Origin: an uncultured bacterium
Lineage (GTDB): Bacteria > Verrucomicrobiota > Verrucomicrobiia > Verrucomicrobiales > DEV007
DNA: 64,000 nucleotides
Assembly (NCBI GenBank): GCA_963977015.1
Contig: CAXBMO010000002.1
Location: forward strand, 256,001-320,000
Direction: 5' to 3'
In this document: positions 9,619-19,162 of the stretch, piece by piece
How the letters are laid out: each line of letters starts with the position of its first letter
Position numbering within the stretch: position 1 is the first letter of the stretch
Notes under the pieces: generated by a model
Told to the model about the DNA's origin: nothing
The model's database searches: none
What the model saw: the letters and a program-made list of their open reading frames with translations, nothing else
Program-made: the position numbers and the translations under genes

Positions 9619-10702
9619 GTCTGGACCGCTGAGCTGCAATCCGGGCAGCGACCGCAAACCCCAGTTTGGTGACATCGTGATCGCGCGTGTCGAGACCGGC
9701 ATTGCTGAGGAGGAGGATGTTCGTCTCCCTGGGAACGACGCGCCCAACAAAGGTGTCGAAACCAACCCAGCACCCGTTGTGCCACGCCAGTTTCTGACCG
9801 GCGATTCGCTCAATCGTCCAGCCATACCCATACCGAAAAGGCTCTGCATCAATCGCTTGCGGCTGCAGGGCCTGCTCGACGGATTCACGCGAAACAAGTT
9901 GATGGCCAAAATACGCTGTCATCCATTTGTCGAGATCCGAAACTGAAGAGTAGACGCCTTTGTCACCAACGATCCCGTTCAGAAAATCCTCATCGTCTTC
10001 CAGATACTGCCACAAAATCCGGTTGTAACCCACGGCGCGCCCGGGAACCGACTTCCAACCAAGCCCGGGCACCGATGTGTTGTCCATCGCGAGAGGGGCG
10101 AAGAAGTGCTGCTGCAGATAGGCAGCGAAACTCATTCCACTGGCGGCCTCGATCGATGAAGCGAGCATCGCATACCCCGAGTTGCTGTAGCGCCGCTCGC
10201 TCCCGGGTTCAAAGAGCAACCGCTTGCCCTCCAGATACTTGACGATTTCTGCATTGGTCGACTTGGATCGCAGAAACTGGAAACCGGTGTATTCCTGAAG
10301 TCCCGCGCTGTGGGTCAGCAAGTGATGAATCGTGAGCCCCTCATGCGATAGCGTCGGCAAAATGCGTTGCGCAAAATCCTGGATTTGGAGAATGCCGTGT
10401 TCCTGGCAATGTTGAATCGCGGCGGCCGTGATGGGTTTGGAAACCGAGCCGAGCCGGAATGGAGTGTCCGGACCAATCGAGGTCTTGGCCTTGAGATCAG
10501 CCATCCCGACATACCGCTGGTAAACGATCTTTCCATTTCTGGAATTACTCACCAAAATCGCGATCCCGGGAGTTTCCTGATCGAGTTCGGCGCGAGTTAC
10601 AAACTGATCCACCGCAGAACGAATCGATTCCGAAAGCCCGGTTGCGGCTGAACTTGAGATCAGCCCCAGGATCAATGCGATAATCGAAAAACTCAGCTTC
10701 AT
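9611..10702 (-). CDS. Serine hydrolase, beta-lactamase/class C-like family
   Basis: Signal peptide, SVSK (SxxK), LLTHSAGL, YSN and HNG motifs. Confidence 0.9.
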   Translation of the reverse strand: MKLSFSIIALILGLISSSAATGLSESIRSAVDQFVTRAELDQETPGIAILVSNSRNGKIVYQRYVGMADLKAKTSIGPDTPFRLGSVSKPITAAAIQHCQEHGILQIQDFAQRILPTLSHEGLTIHHLLTHSAGLQEYTGFQFLRSKSTNAEIVKYLEGKRLLFEPGSERRYSNSGYAMLASSIEAASGMSFAAYLQQHFFAPLAMDNTSVPGLGWKSVPGRAVGYNRILWQYLEDDEDFLNGIVGDKGVYSSVSDLDKWMTAYFGHQLVSRESVEQALQPQAIDAEPFRYGYGWTIERIAGQKLAWHNGCWVGFDTFVGRVVPRETNILLLSNAGLDTRDHDVTKLGFAVAARIAAQRSRPK

Positions 10703-10746
10703 CGGGCGTCTCATTTGGACGGAAAAACAACGCCCGTCTTCAGCCC

Positions 10747-11565
10747 CTACCCCGCCGTTTTCGACTCAGCTTCTTCGGCCGATGCGGTCGCCGCCTTTTT
10801 CTTCGCAGGCTCTTCCTCTTTCGTGATCGGCAACCTTCCAAACAGATTTAACTTCTTGGGAGGTGCCATCGCAATTTCCGTTCCCGCTGGAGTTTGCATG
10901 GCCCCGTAGACGATCGGAACTGCCGTGAAACAGATGCGATCATCGTCAACGCGCGAAATATTGATCACCGCCGCACAGGTGGAAGAGGTTCCAACCTGCA
11001 GCAACCGGTTGAGTTGGAGATCGAAGTGCGCTTCGGGCAACGAGGCGGCCGGAATCACGTATTCGATCACGACGTTGGGAAAATCTTCGGACTGTCCCCG
11101 CAATGCCAATCCAGACGGAAACACATCTTTGGGCCCGAGTTCTCGAATCCCGTAAATCCGGTAATCCCCACGAATGTAGGTCACTCGCTCCACGCCGACG
11201 TAGTTGGTGACGTATTCCCGCCGCAAAACCGAGCTGATCGATCTCAAGCCTTCTCTGTCCTGGCTGTAGTAAAGATTGTAAAGATCACGCGGTGTATTGA
11301 ATTTGCCACGCGGCGCCCCGGCAGGAGCGTAATCTTTCAGGCCTTCAATTTTCTCCAGTTTGGTAAGAAGATTGTAGCTGAACGCTTTTTCCGGATGCCC
11401 GAAGACATACATGCAGAAAATCCAGGAAAACGCCGTTAATGCGGTCAGGACGACAATCAGAACCGACCAAAGAAACAAGCCATCGTCATCCCCCTTCGCA
11501 CTCGTGCCGAGGCGAACTTGCCTGGAAAAAGTGCTTCGGTCGCTACTGAAAAAATCCATCGCCAT
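10747..11565 (-). CDS. Membrane-anchored hypothetical protein
   Basis: Single N-terminal TM helix; co-oriented just downstream of the iscA-like gene; no family recognised. Confidence 0.7.
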   Translation of the reverse strand: MAMDFFSSDRSTFSRQVRLGTSAKGDDDGLFLWSVLIVVLTALTAFSWIFCMYVFGHPEKAFSYNLLTKLEKIEGLKDYAPAGAPRGKFNTPRDLYNLYYSQDREGLRSISSVLRREYVTNYVGVERVTYIRGDYRIYGIRELGPKDVFPSGLALRGQSEDFPNVVIEYVIPAASLPEAHFDLQLNRLLQVGTSSTCAAVINISRVDDDRICFTAVPIVYGAMQTPAGTEIAMAPPKKLNLFGRLPITKEEEPAKKKAATASAEEAESKTAG

Positions 11566-11577
11566 GACGTTATAAAT

Positions 11578-11955
11578 TTAAGTTCCACAGCTGGATTCGT
11601 CAATGGGCTGGCCCTCTGTGCCGGCACCGCTCATCTCAAACGACGTCCCGCATCCGCAACTCCTCGCCGCTAGCGGATTCTGGATCTTAAAACCTGCGTC
11701 GTTCAGGGAATCCTCGTAATCGACTTCGCTTCCCTTCAAGAACTCAACACTGTCTGCCGCGATAATGAAACGAACGCCACCCGCTTCGACCACCTCATCG
11801 GCCTCCTCCGGATCGCCGACCTGCATGATGTATTGCATGCCTGCGCACCCCCCTCGTTCAACGCCCAAACGCAGCCCTTTCTCTTCAGGAGAGACGCCTT
11901 TTTGAGCCAAAAGTTCGCGCAATTGCGAAATCGCGTTTTCGGTAACGGTGATCAT
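11578..11955 (-). CDS. HesB/IscA-family Fe-S cluster assembly accessory protein
   Basis: ITVTENA start, GGCAGMQY and NP...SCGCGTSF signature. Confidence 0.95.
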   Translation of the reverse strand: MITVTENAISQLRELLAQKGVSPEEKGLRLGVERGGCAGMQYIMQVGDPEEADEVVEAGGVRFIIAADSVEFLKGSEVDYEDSLNDAGFKIQNPLAARSCGCGTSFEMSGAGTEGQPIDESSCGT

Positions 11956-12118
11956 GCTTGTTGGACGTAAATTAGCGCTCAAAACCTAAAATTCCAGCCA
12001 CACTTACCAACGAAGCAACGAATAGTCTCGCAAACGCCACGGTCAGAAGGCACGAATCAATGCCACATTACGAGATCCTAACTTTTTTCCAAGTCGATAC
12101 TGGCATACGTTTTCGCAG

Positions 12119-13888
12119 ATGAAGTCCCTTACCCTTTTGCTGATGGCGTTGATGCCTGCGTTCCTCAACGCGGAAACGCTCACGCTCGACGAATCGTTCC
12201 ATCACGTACGAAATAAGAAAAAACGTGAGTGGAATTCATTCGCCGAATTGCCGGAATCCGTTTCGATCGAACACACATTTTCGCTCAAAACGCCGGAGAA
12301 GTGGAAATTCCTCACCTTTCGGCAGGCTGAAACCAAGCAGGCGTGGGAGGTGAATCTCAATGGGCAGAAAATAGGACAACTTGCGCGGGATCACAACGAC
12401 ATGGAGCAGGTCCTGGAGATTCCCACGGGCATTCTCCAAGCCTCGGACAACATCCTGGAGATCTCGACGGCCTCGTCCGTTCCTGACGACATCCGCATTG
12501 GTGAATTCGCGCTGCAATCTGAAGATCTTGAGACCCGCGCCGGTGCGAGCGGATACGCGATGAGCGTGGTCGATGAAGCGGGACAGCCCCTGCCCTGTCG
12601 CTTCACCATTGTGAAGGCCGAATCAGGGACACTCGCCTTGTTGAGCGCGAAGTCGAACGAGCGGCAGGCCGTCCGGACCGGGGTCGTTTACGCCCTGGAC
12701 GGAAAGCTGAATGTTCGCCTGGTTCCCGGAGATTACCGAATCCATGTGGGACGCGGGTTTGAATACGAATTGGTGAACCTGCCCATCAAAGTTTCTGCAG
12801 GCCAAATGAGCCTTCCCTCCGAGCCAGTCACGCTCCACCGGCAGGTTCCGACTCCGGGCATGGTCGCCTGCGACGCTCATCTGCATACCTACGAATTCGC
12901 CAGGCACGGCGACTGTAGCCTGATCGAACGCCTCATTTCGATTGCGGGCGAAGGCATTGAGCTCCCGATTTCGACTGAGCACAATCAACACATCGACTAT
13001 GCCCCGGAAGCCGAGCGAATCGGAGCTTCCTCGTTCTTCACTCCAGTCATCGGCTGCGAGGTCACAACATCGGAAGGGCACTTCAACAGTTGGCCGATCG
13101 AAAAGGACGCGACTCCGGCAGAACACAAGCTGCGCCCGTGGAAGGAAGTCTTTCGGAACATCTACGACACGCCGGGCGTCAAGGTCTGCATGCTCAACCA
13201 CGGGCGAGACCTTCACGGAGGTTTCACCCCGTTTTCTCCGTCGCACTGGAGTCTGCGCAGCGGCAGTTTCACCGACGGAAGACAGTTGCGCGCCAACGGG
13301 ATGGAGGTTTTGAACTCTGGTGCAACCAAAGTTGATCCGTTGCTTCTTGCCCATGATTGGATGGCGCTGGTTCGATCCGGCCATCAGATCGCGGCTTTCG
13401 GAACGAGCGACTCTCATACCGTCAATTTTGCGATTCCCGGCCAAGGCCGAACCTATCTCCCGATTCCCGACGGCGATCCCTCGAATCTTGATGTTCAAGC
13501 CGCCGCTGAAGCGGTATTAAAGGGACAAACCTACGTCAGTTTCGGACTGCTCGCCAAAATCTCCCACGACGGAGAAAAGATCACGGCCACGGTTTGGGGT
13601 CCGGATTGGACTCAGGCAAAAGAACTCACCCTTTTCGTCAATGGCACGGCCCGGCGGAAATTCCGCATTTCCGAATCTGAGGGGAAAGCCGCCGGAAAGA
13701 AATTCAGCACGACGTGGACCGCCTCCGATCTCAAGGTAAAGCGGGGTCAATTCGTGGTTGCCATCGCAACGGGGCCGGGAATTACCGAAGCCTACTGGCC
13801 AATGATGCCTCCCTATCAGGCTGAATCCACCGACTTCAAACCGTATGTCCTCGGGATCAGCCCTCCAATCTACCCGCGCGGACGTTGA
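12119..13888 (+). CDS. Secreted CehA/McbA-family (PHP-like) metallohydrolase
   Basis: Signal peptide; RGFEY, DAHLHT, TEHN, GCEVT, HFN and SDSH motifs. Confidence 0.82.
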   Translation: MKSLTLLLMALMPAFLNAETLTLDESFHHVRNKKKREWNSFAELPESVSIEHTFSLKTPEKWKFLTFRQAETKQAWEVNLNGQKIGQLARDHNDMEQVLEIPTGILQASDNILEISTASSVPDDIRIGEFALQSEDLETRAGASGYAMSVVDEAGQPLPCRFTIVKAESGTLALLSAKSNERQAVRTGVVYALDGKLNVRLVPGDYRIHVGRGFEYELVNLPIKVSAGQMSLPSEPVTLHRQVPTPGMVACDAHLHTYEFARHGDCSLIERLISIAGEGIELPISTEHNQHIDYAPEAERIGASSFFTPVIGCEVTTSEGHFNSWPIEKDATPAEHKLRPWKEVFRNIYDTPGVKVCMLNHGRDLHGGFTPFSPSHWSLRSGSFTDGRQLRANGMEVLNSGATKVDPLLLAHDWMALVRSGHQIAAFGTSDSHTVNFAIPGQGRTYLPIPDGDPSNLDVQAAAEAVLKGQTYVSFGLLAKISHDGEKITATVWGPDWTQAKELTLFVNGTARRKFRISESEGKAAGKKFSTTWTASDLKVKRGQFVVAIATGPGITEAYWPMMPPYQAESTDFKPYVLGISPPIYPRGR

Positions 13889-13999
13889 GCGTTTCCTGCA
13901 CGAAACCGACTCTAACATGTGCCAAAATGCGGCTTGATTCGGCGCGGCTCCTGACGCAAATGAAGAACCTGAAATCGCACATCGTCGCTTCTTTCCTCC

Positions 14000-14725
14000 A
14001 TGCAGAACCAATCCATCGCCGCCGTTCCACCACTTGTGTTGGCTGCCCTGCTCCTCGTTCAGTGCGGATGGCAGGATCCTGAAACCAATGGCGGGGCAAA
14101 AGTTGGCGCCAGAACTTCCAAAAAGGCCAAGTTTCATGGTCTCCTTGATGTGCAGGAAGTGTCGCCAGGCATCAAGGTCGATCTGCGCTATGCAACGCGC
14201 CACAACGTAACCAACAGGCGCCTCTACCCTTCGAGCATGGCCGCCTTGCTGACGGCTGACTCTTCGCACCGACTGGCCCGGGCGCAGGAGGAGCTTCGCC
14301 GACAGGGATACGGCCTCAAAGTCTGGGATGCCTATCGACCGCCTCGTGCCCACATGGCGCTCTGGAAGTCCGCGCCGGACAGCACCTACGTTGTTAAACC
14401 CTCCCCCACTTCGTGGTCGCGCCATACGCAGGGATTGGCCGTGGATGTCACACTCGTTGACCGCAACGGTGTGGAAATGCGGATGCCCACGGGGTTTGAT
14501 GCCTTCACGCCCGCTGCCAGCTCCACCTACATCGGCAGTGACCCGGAAATTCGCCGGAATCTGGAGGTTCTCCAAACCGCGATGCGCAATGCCGGTTTCA
14601 ACACGATTCCGAGCGAATGGTGGCATTTTTGGAACCCAAATGTCGAGATAGGAAAAGTTGTGTTTGCGTCTCAGTTAGGGTTAGTATTACCAGAGAATGT
14701 CCGACGAATACAAATTCCCAGATGA
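14000..14725 (+). CDS. ddpX: D-alanyl-D-alanine dipeptidase (peptidase M15D, VanX/DdpX)
   Basis: DLRYAT.N, WDAYRP, SRHTQGLAVD (SxHxxGxAxD), MPTGFD and EWWH motifs; possible lipoprotein signal. Confidence 0.9.
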   Translation: MQNQSIAAVPPLVLAALLLVQCGWQDPETNGGAKVGARTSKKAKFHGLLDVQEVSPGIKVDLRYATRHNVTNRRLYPSSMAALLTADSSHRLARAQEELRRQGYGLKVWDAYRPPRAHMALWKSAPDSTYVVKPSPTSWSRHTQGLAVDVTLVDRNGVEMRMPTGFDAFTPAASSTYIGSDPEIRRNLEVLQTAMRNAGFNTIPSEWWHFWNPNVEIGKVVFASQLGLVLPENVRRIQIPR

Positions 14726-16145
14726 CCCGGCTTTCGAGCTAGCCAGGGGAATCCGCGAACGAGCGTCCTCGCCCGAGCCCCACGAACGTGCGTGGAAGGG
14801 TGCCACAGGATCGTCAACGCCCGAACAACTGGGACAAGCGGCCTATCGGATCGTCGCCAAGCTTCAGCAACAAGGTCACACCGCGTTCCTCGCCGGAGGC
14901 TGCGTTCGGGACAAGATGCTGCATCGCGCACCAAAGGACTACGATATCGCAACCAATGCGCGCCCCCGCCAGATTCGGCAGCTTTTTGACTCAGCCGGCT
15001 ACGTTGGGGCTCACTTCGGAGTCGTCCTCGTTCGAGAACCGGAAGGCGTCTTCGAAATTGCGACCTTTCGAACCGACGGGATCTACCTGGATGGTCGGCA
15101 TCCCCGGGACGTGCGCTACTCCGATGCGGAAGGCGACTCCCAGCGTCGTGACTTCACCATCAATGGCCTGTTCTTCAATCCAACGACGAATGAACTGATC
15201 GATTACGTTGGTGGCTGTGAGGATTTACAGAGCCAGGTTATTCGAGCCATCGGCGATCCTTCGGAACGCTTTATGGAGGACCATCTGCGATTAATGCGGG
15301 CGGTCCGATTTGCCGAAGTTCTCAACTTCGAAATTGAGCCCATGACGTTGGCTGCCATCAAGACCGCGGCTCACAGCATTCGCCAAATTTCGGTCGAACG
15401 CATTCGCGACGAACTCATCCAGATTCTCGAACATCCCAACCGAATCCGCGGATTTGATCTCTTGGTTGGCACCGGACTTCTCTCTGAAATTCTGCCCGAA
15501 GTCGCGGACCTGATGGGTTGCCAACAACCGCCGGAGTTCCATCCGGAAGGGGACGTTTTCGTGCACACGCGCATGATGCTCGGCCTCCTGGAGGACGACG
15601 CACCGCTTCCGTTGATTCTTTCGGTGCTGTTTCACGACATCGCCAAGCCAGCGACGTATTCCTACGACGAGGCGGCCGGTCGCATTCGCTTCAATGGCCA
15701 TGCCGAAAAAGGTGCCGAAATGACGACGCGGATTCTCAAGCGCTTCCGTTTCTCCAACGAGGTGATTGATGCCACCGTTGAGGCGGTCGCCAACCACATG
15801 AAGTTCAAGGACGTGCAAAAAATGCGCGTTTCAACGCTCAAGCGCTTCATGGCCTCCCCCACGTTTGATCAACAGCTGGAACTGCATCGCGTGGATAGCC
15901 TGGGGAGCAATGGCAACCTGGAGAACTACCAGTTTGTCTGCCAAAAGCTCGAAGAATTTGGCAACGAACCGCTCATTCCGCCGCGACTCCTTTCCGGCCA
16001 AGACCTCATGGCAATGGGCCTCGAGGCAGGACCACGAATTGGCGAAGTGCTCGAAGCTCTGCAAACGGCCCAGCTCGAAGGCCAGCTCACGACACGAGAA
16101 GACGCGTTGCAATGGCTGGGCAAAGAGTATGGACTGGCTTCCTAG
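14697..16145 (+). CDS. cca: CCA tRNA nucleotidyltransferase with HD domain
   Basis: GGCVRD...DYD, EIATFRTD, RRDFTIN, EDHLR template motif and HD domain (HPEGDV..HT, FHDIAKP). Lacks the poly(A)-polymerase GRRF signature (has VGAHF). Start position is uncertain. Confidence 0.88.
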   Translation: MSDEYKFPDDPAFELARGIRERASSPEPHERAWKGATGSSTPEQLGQAAYRIVAKLQQQGHTAFLAGGCVRDKMLHRAPKDYDIATNARPRQIRQLFDSAGYVGAHFGVVLVREPEGVFEIATFRTDGIYLDGRHPRDVRYSDAEGDSQRRDFTINGLFFNPTTNELIDYVGGCEDLQSQVIRAIGDPSERFMEDHLRLMRAVRFAEVLNFEIEPMTLAAIKTAAHSIRQISVERIRDELIQILEHPNRIRGFDLLVGTGLLSEILPEVADLMGCQQPPEFHPEGDVFVHTRMMLGLLEDDAPLPLILSVLFHDIAKPATYSYDEAAGRIRFNGHAEKGAEMTTRILKRFRFSNEVIDATVEAVANHMKFKDVQKMRVSTLKRFMASPTFDQQLELHRVDSLGSNGNLENYQFVCQKLEEFGNEPLIPPRLLSGQDLMAMGLEAGPRIGEVLEALQTAQLEGQLTTREDALQWLGKEYGLAS

Positions 16146-16167
16146 ATTCGTCGGATGCCTCTAAAGT

Positions 16168-18909
16168 CTAAAGCGTTTTGACGGCTTCGTCACATCGCTC
16201 ACAAAGCTCCTCACTTGCCAGGGGCAGACTCCGGCGACAACGCGGACATTCTTTGTGCTCGGTCTCGGCGACCGTCACAACCGGTTCCGCTGACTTTCCT
16301 GCTTTGAGTGTGAAGTCGGAGAGCATCAGAAACTCAAGCGCGTCTTCGCGTTGCTCGGAAAGCAGTTTGTAGGCGGGGTCAGACTCCGCCAGTTCCACGA
16401 CGATCGCGGCGCGTTCCCGCTTTTTGAACGCTCCGGCCTTGATTGCCTCATCAATCTTCATCTGTGCGGCATCGCGGATGCGAAGAAGCTGGCCAATGGC
16501 CTCGATCCCGTCTTCCGCAGCGAAATCCGGGTTGGGTTCAGGGAAGCTTTCGAGGTGAATCGAGCGCTGGTTTCCAGCGAATTCCCAGGCCTCGTCCGCC
16601 GTGTAGGCAAGAATCGGAGCAACCAACTTGGCGAACGTTTCGAAGATTTGATGCATCGCGGTCTGGGTTGCCCGGCGTCGCGTCGCCCCCGGCTGATCGC
16701 AATACATCCGGTCCTTGGTCACGTCGATATAGAGCGCGCTCAGATCAACGGCACAAAACTGGTTCAGCTCGCCAAACACCTTTCGAAACTCATACTCTTT
16801 ATAGGCGGCCAGACATTGCGTGGTTACCTGATGAAGACGCTCAAGAATCCAGCGATCGATCAGCGTCATTTGATCCGGCGAAACCGCATCCTTCTTCGCA
16901 TCAAAATCAAACAGGTTCGCCTGAAGAATCCGCAGGCTATTGCGAATGCGGCGATAGGGTTCCGCAGTTTGCTTGAAGAGATCTTCACCAAACGGAACTT
17001 CATTTTGCCAATCCACACTCGAAACCCAGAGCCGCAAAATATCCGCGCCGTATTTGTCGTAAAAATACTTCGCATCGACCGGTTTCCCACCTTTGTCGGC
17101 AGACTTGGAGAGCTTCTTTTTATCCTGATCGACGACAAACCCGTGGGTCATTACTGTTTTGTAGGGAGCCGATCCCCGATAAGCAACGCTGAGCATCAGT
17201 GAACTCTGAAACCAGCCCCGGTGCTGGTCCGTTGCCTCGAGATACAAATCAGCCGGGGCCGAAAGTTCCGGATGAGAATCGAGAACGGCGACATGGCTCG
17301 ATCCCGAATCAATCCAGACATCCAGAGTATCGGTTCCGCGCTTCGCTCCTGTGGGAAGATCCAACTCTTTCACCCACGTCTCATCGTCCCATTCAAACCA
17401 GACGTTGGTTCCCTTGTCCTGAACGATGTCGGCAACCTTGCGGGCAATCTCCGCCCCCATCAACACCGAGCCGTCCGGCAAATGAAAGACGGGAAGTGGA
17501 ACCCCCCACGTTCTCTGTCGGCTGATACACCAGTCCGGGCGAGCCTCAACCGTTCCATAGATGCGATTTCGGCCCCAATGCGGCAACCATTCCACCTCGT
17601 CGATTTCCTTGAGCGCAGATTCCCGAAGGTCATCGATCTTGATGAAAAACTGCTCAACGCTGCGAAAAATGATTGGCGTCTTGGATCTCCAACAGTGCGG
17701 ATAGCTGTGCTCATAAACTTCGCGGCCGATCAGATGCCCCGATTCATCGAGCAACTCGACAATCTCGTTGTTCGCTTTGAGAACATGCTTCCCAACGAGC
17801 TGGTCGAGCCCAACTTCCTCCGTAAACTTGCCGTCGTCGTCCACCGGCGAAAGAAGCCCCAGGCCAGCCTGCTGACCGGCCGCATAGTCAATCGCACCGT
17901 GTCCCGGCGCAATGTGGACCGCGCCCGTTCCGGTTGTGTCTTCAACAAAATCTCCTGCGATGACTTTGGACTGTCGATCCAGGAAGGGATGTTGCGCCTC
18001 GCTGCCTTCGAATTCCGCACCTTTGATCTCTTCACTCGGCTGCGACTGATCCAGCTCAAAACCCGTCTTCTCAAGAATCTGGCCAAGCAGTGGTTTTGCG
18101 ATGACGAGATTCTCGGTGCGGCCATCCGCGTTTCTGAAGTGTCCCCGGACGTAGTCAAACCGAGGATGCAGCGCGATTCCAAGGTTCGCAGGAAGTGTCC
18201 ACGGAGTGGTCGTCCAGATCACCAATGAAGTTTCCCCGGCAAGCTTGCCTTTCGTAACCGGGAACTTCACAAAGATCGCGGTGTCCTTCACATCTTCGTA
18301 TTCCACCTCCGCTTCGGCCAACGCCGTCTTTGCCCCAAACGACCAGGAAACGGGCTTCTTGGATTGATAAACCAACCCCTTCTCCACCAGCTTCGCAAAA
18401 ACCCGAATCACATCCGCCTCATACTCAGGGCTGAGCGTTAGGTAGGGATGCTCCCAATCTCCGAAAACGCCCAAACGGCGAAAACTGCTTTTCTGGATAT
18501 CGATGTATTTTCGGGCAAACTCTTCCGCTCGAGTGCGGATCTGGGCTGGCTCTAGTCCCTTGGCCTCTTTGACGACCTTGAACTCAATCGGCAAACCGTG
18601 GCAATCCCATCCCGGAATGTAGGGAGTTCGAAACCCCGCCATGGTCTTGCTCTTCACCACCAAATCCTTGAGCACCTTGTTCAGTGCCGTCCCCATGTGC
18701 ACATCCCCATTCGCAAACGGAGGACCATCATGAAGCAAAAACACCGGAGCGCTTTCATCTTTGCGCTGTGCGTCAATTTGCTGATACAAATTGGACTCCT
18801 CCCAAGATTTCAGGCGCTCGGGCTCTCGTTTCACCAAATCTCCACGCATCGGGAAATCCGTTTGTGGAAGATTGAGAGTCGATTTGTAGTTTTTCGGCGT
18901 TTCGCTCAT
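16168..18909 (-). CDS. ileS: Isoleucyl-tRNA synthetase
   Basis: YKSTLNLPQTDFPMR, HDGPPFANG.VHMGT, GWDCHGLPIE, WTTTPWTLP, DWCISRQR, KLSKS and a C-terminal CPRC...CERC zinc site. Confidence 0.98.
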   Translation of the reverse strand: MSETPKNYKSTLNLPQTDFPMRGDLVKREPERLKSWEESNLYQQIDAQRKDESAPVFLLHDGPPFANGDVHMGTALNKVLKDLVVKSKTMAGFRTPYIPGWDCHGLPIEFKVVKEAKGLEPAQIRTRAEEFARKYIDIQKSSFRRLGVFGDWEHPYLTLSPEYEADVIRVFAKLVEKGLVYQSKKPVSWSFGAKTALAEAEVEYEDVKDTAIFVKFPVTKGKLAGETSLVIWTTTPWTLPANLGIALHPRFDYVRGHFRNADGRTENLVIAKPLLGQILEKTGFELDQSQPSEEIKGAEFEGSEAQHPFLDRQSKVIAGDFVEDTTGTGAVHIAPGHGAIDYAAGQQAGLGLLSPVDDDGKFTEEVGLDQLVGKHVLKANNEIVELLDESGHLIGREVYEHSYPHCWRSKTPIIFRSVEQFFIKIDDLRESALKEIDEVEWLPHWGRNRIYGTVEARPDWCISRQRTWGVPLPVFHLPDGSVLMGAEIARKVADIVQDKGTNVWFEWDDETWVKELDLPTGAKRGTDTLDVWIDSGSSHVAVLDSHPELSAPADLYLEATDQHRGWFQSSLMLSVAYRGSAPYKTVMTHGFVVDQDKKKLSKSADKGGKPVDAKYFYDKYGADILRLWVSSVDWQNEVPFGEDLFKQTAEPYRRIRNSLRILQANLFDFDAKKDAVSPDQMTLIDRWILERLHQVTTQCLAAYKEYEFRKVFGELNQFCAVDLSALYIDVTKDRMYCDQPGATRRRATQTAMHQIFETFAKLVAPILAYTADEAWEFAGNQRSIHLESFPEPNPDFAAEDGIEAIGQLLRIRDAAQMKIDEAIKAGAFKKRERAAIVVELAESDPAYKLLSEQREDALEFLMLSDFTLKAGKSAEPVVTVAETEHKECPRCRRSLPLASEELCERCDEAVKTL

Positions 18910-19106
18910 TTCAGGCAAATTCAGGGGATGGCTCCAAAGGGCGCGGAACCTAGCACCCTCACCTGCATGCGGCAACCAGCGGATTGGGGCAGGAACCAGA
19001 ACTTTGCTCGCTCAAATTCATGCTTTTGAGCGGTTTCGTGGAGGAGAGATCGGTGCAGAAGATCGTAGGTATTTAAGATACCAAGACATTCATAGAAACT
19101 AATTGA

Positions 19107-19119
19107 TTATAATTTTTAT
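19107..19119 (+). promoter_or_regulatory. TTATAATTTTTAT motif (contains a TATAAT -10) upstream of the right-pointing polysaccharide arm
   Basis: Exact 13-mer, also present at 31634-31646 and 55036-55048 as the reverse complement. Confidence 0.45.
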
Positions 19120-19162
19120 ATATTTTATATTTCGAAAATATATTTATCCACGAAACCCGGAT

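Noticed and set aside
14000-14725. Vancomycin resistance (vanX) cluster
   Set aside because: No vanH, vanA or vanRS neighbours; an ordinary DdpX-type dipeptidase.
14697-16145. Poly(A) polymerase pcnB
   Set aside because: Lacks the [LIV][LIV]G[RK][RK]F signature and has an HD domain and CCA-type loop.
18690-18705. Non-canonical HIGH motif (HMGT) and KLSKS in IleRS as a sign of a resistance-type enzyme
   Set aside because: The overall architecture is a normal type-1 IleRS with a C-terminal Zn site; there is no support for an IleRS2/mupirocin-resistance call.
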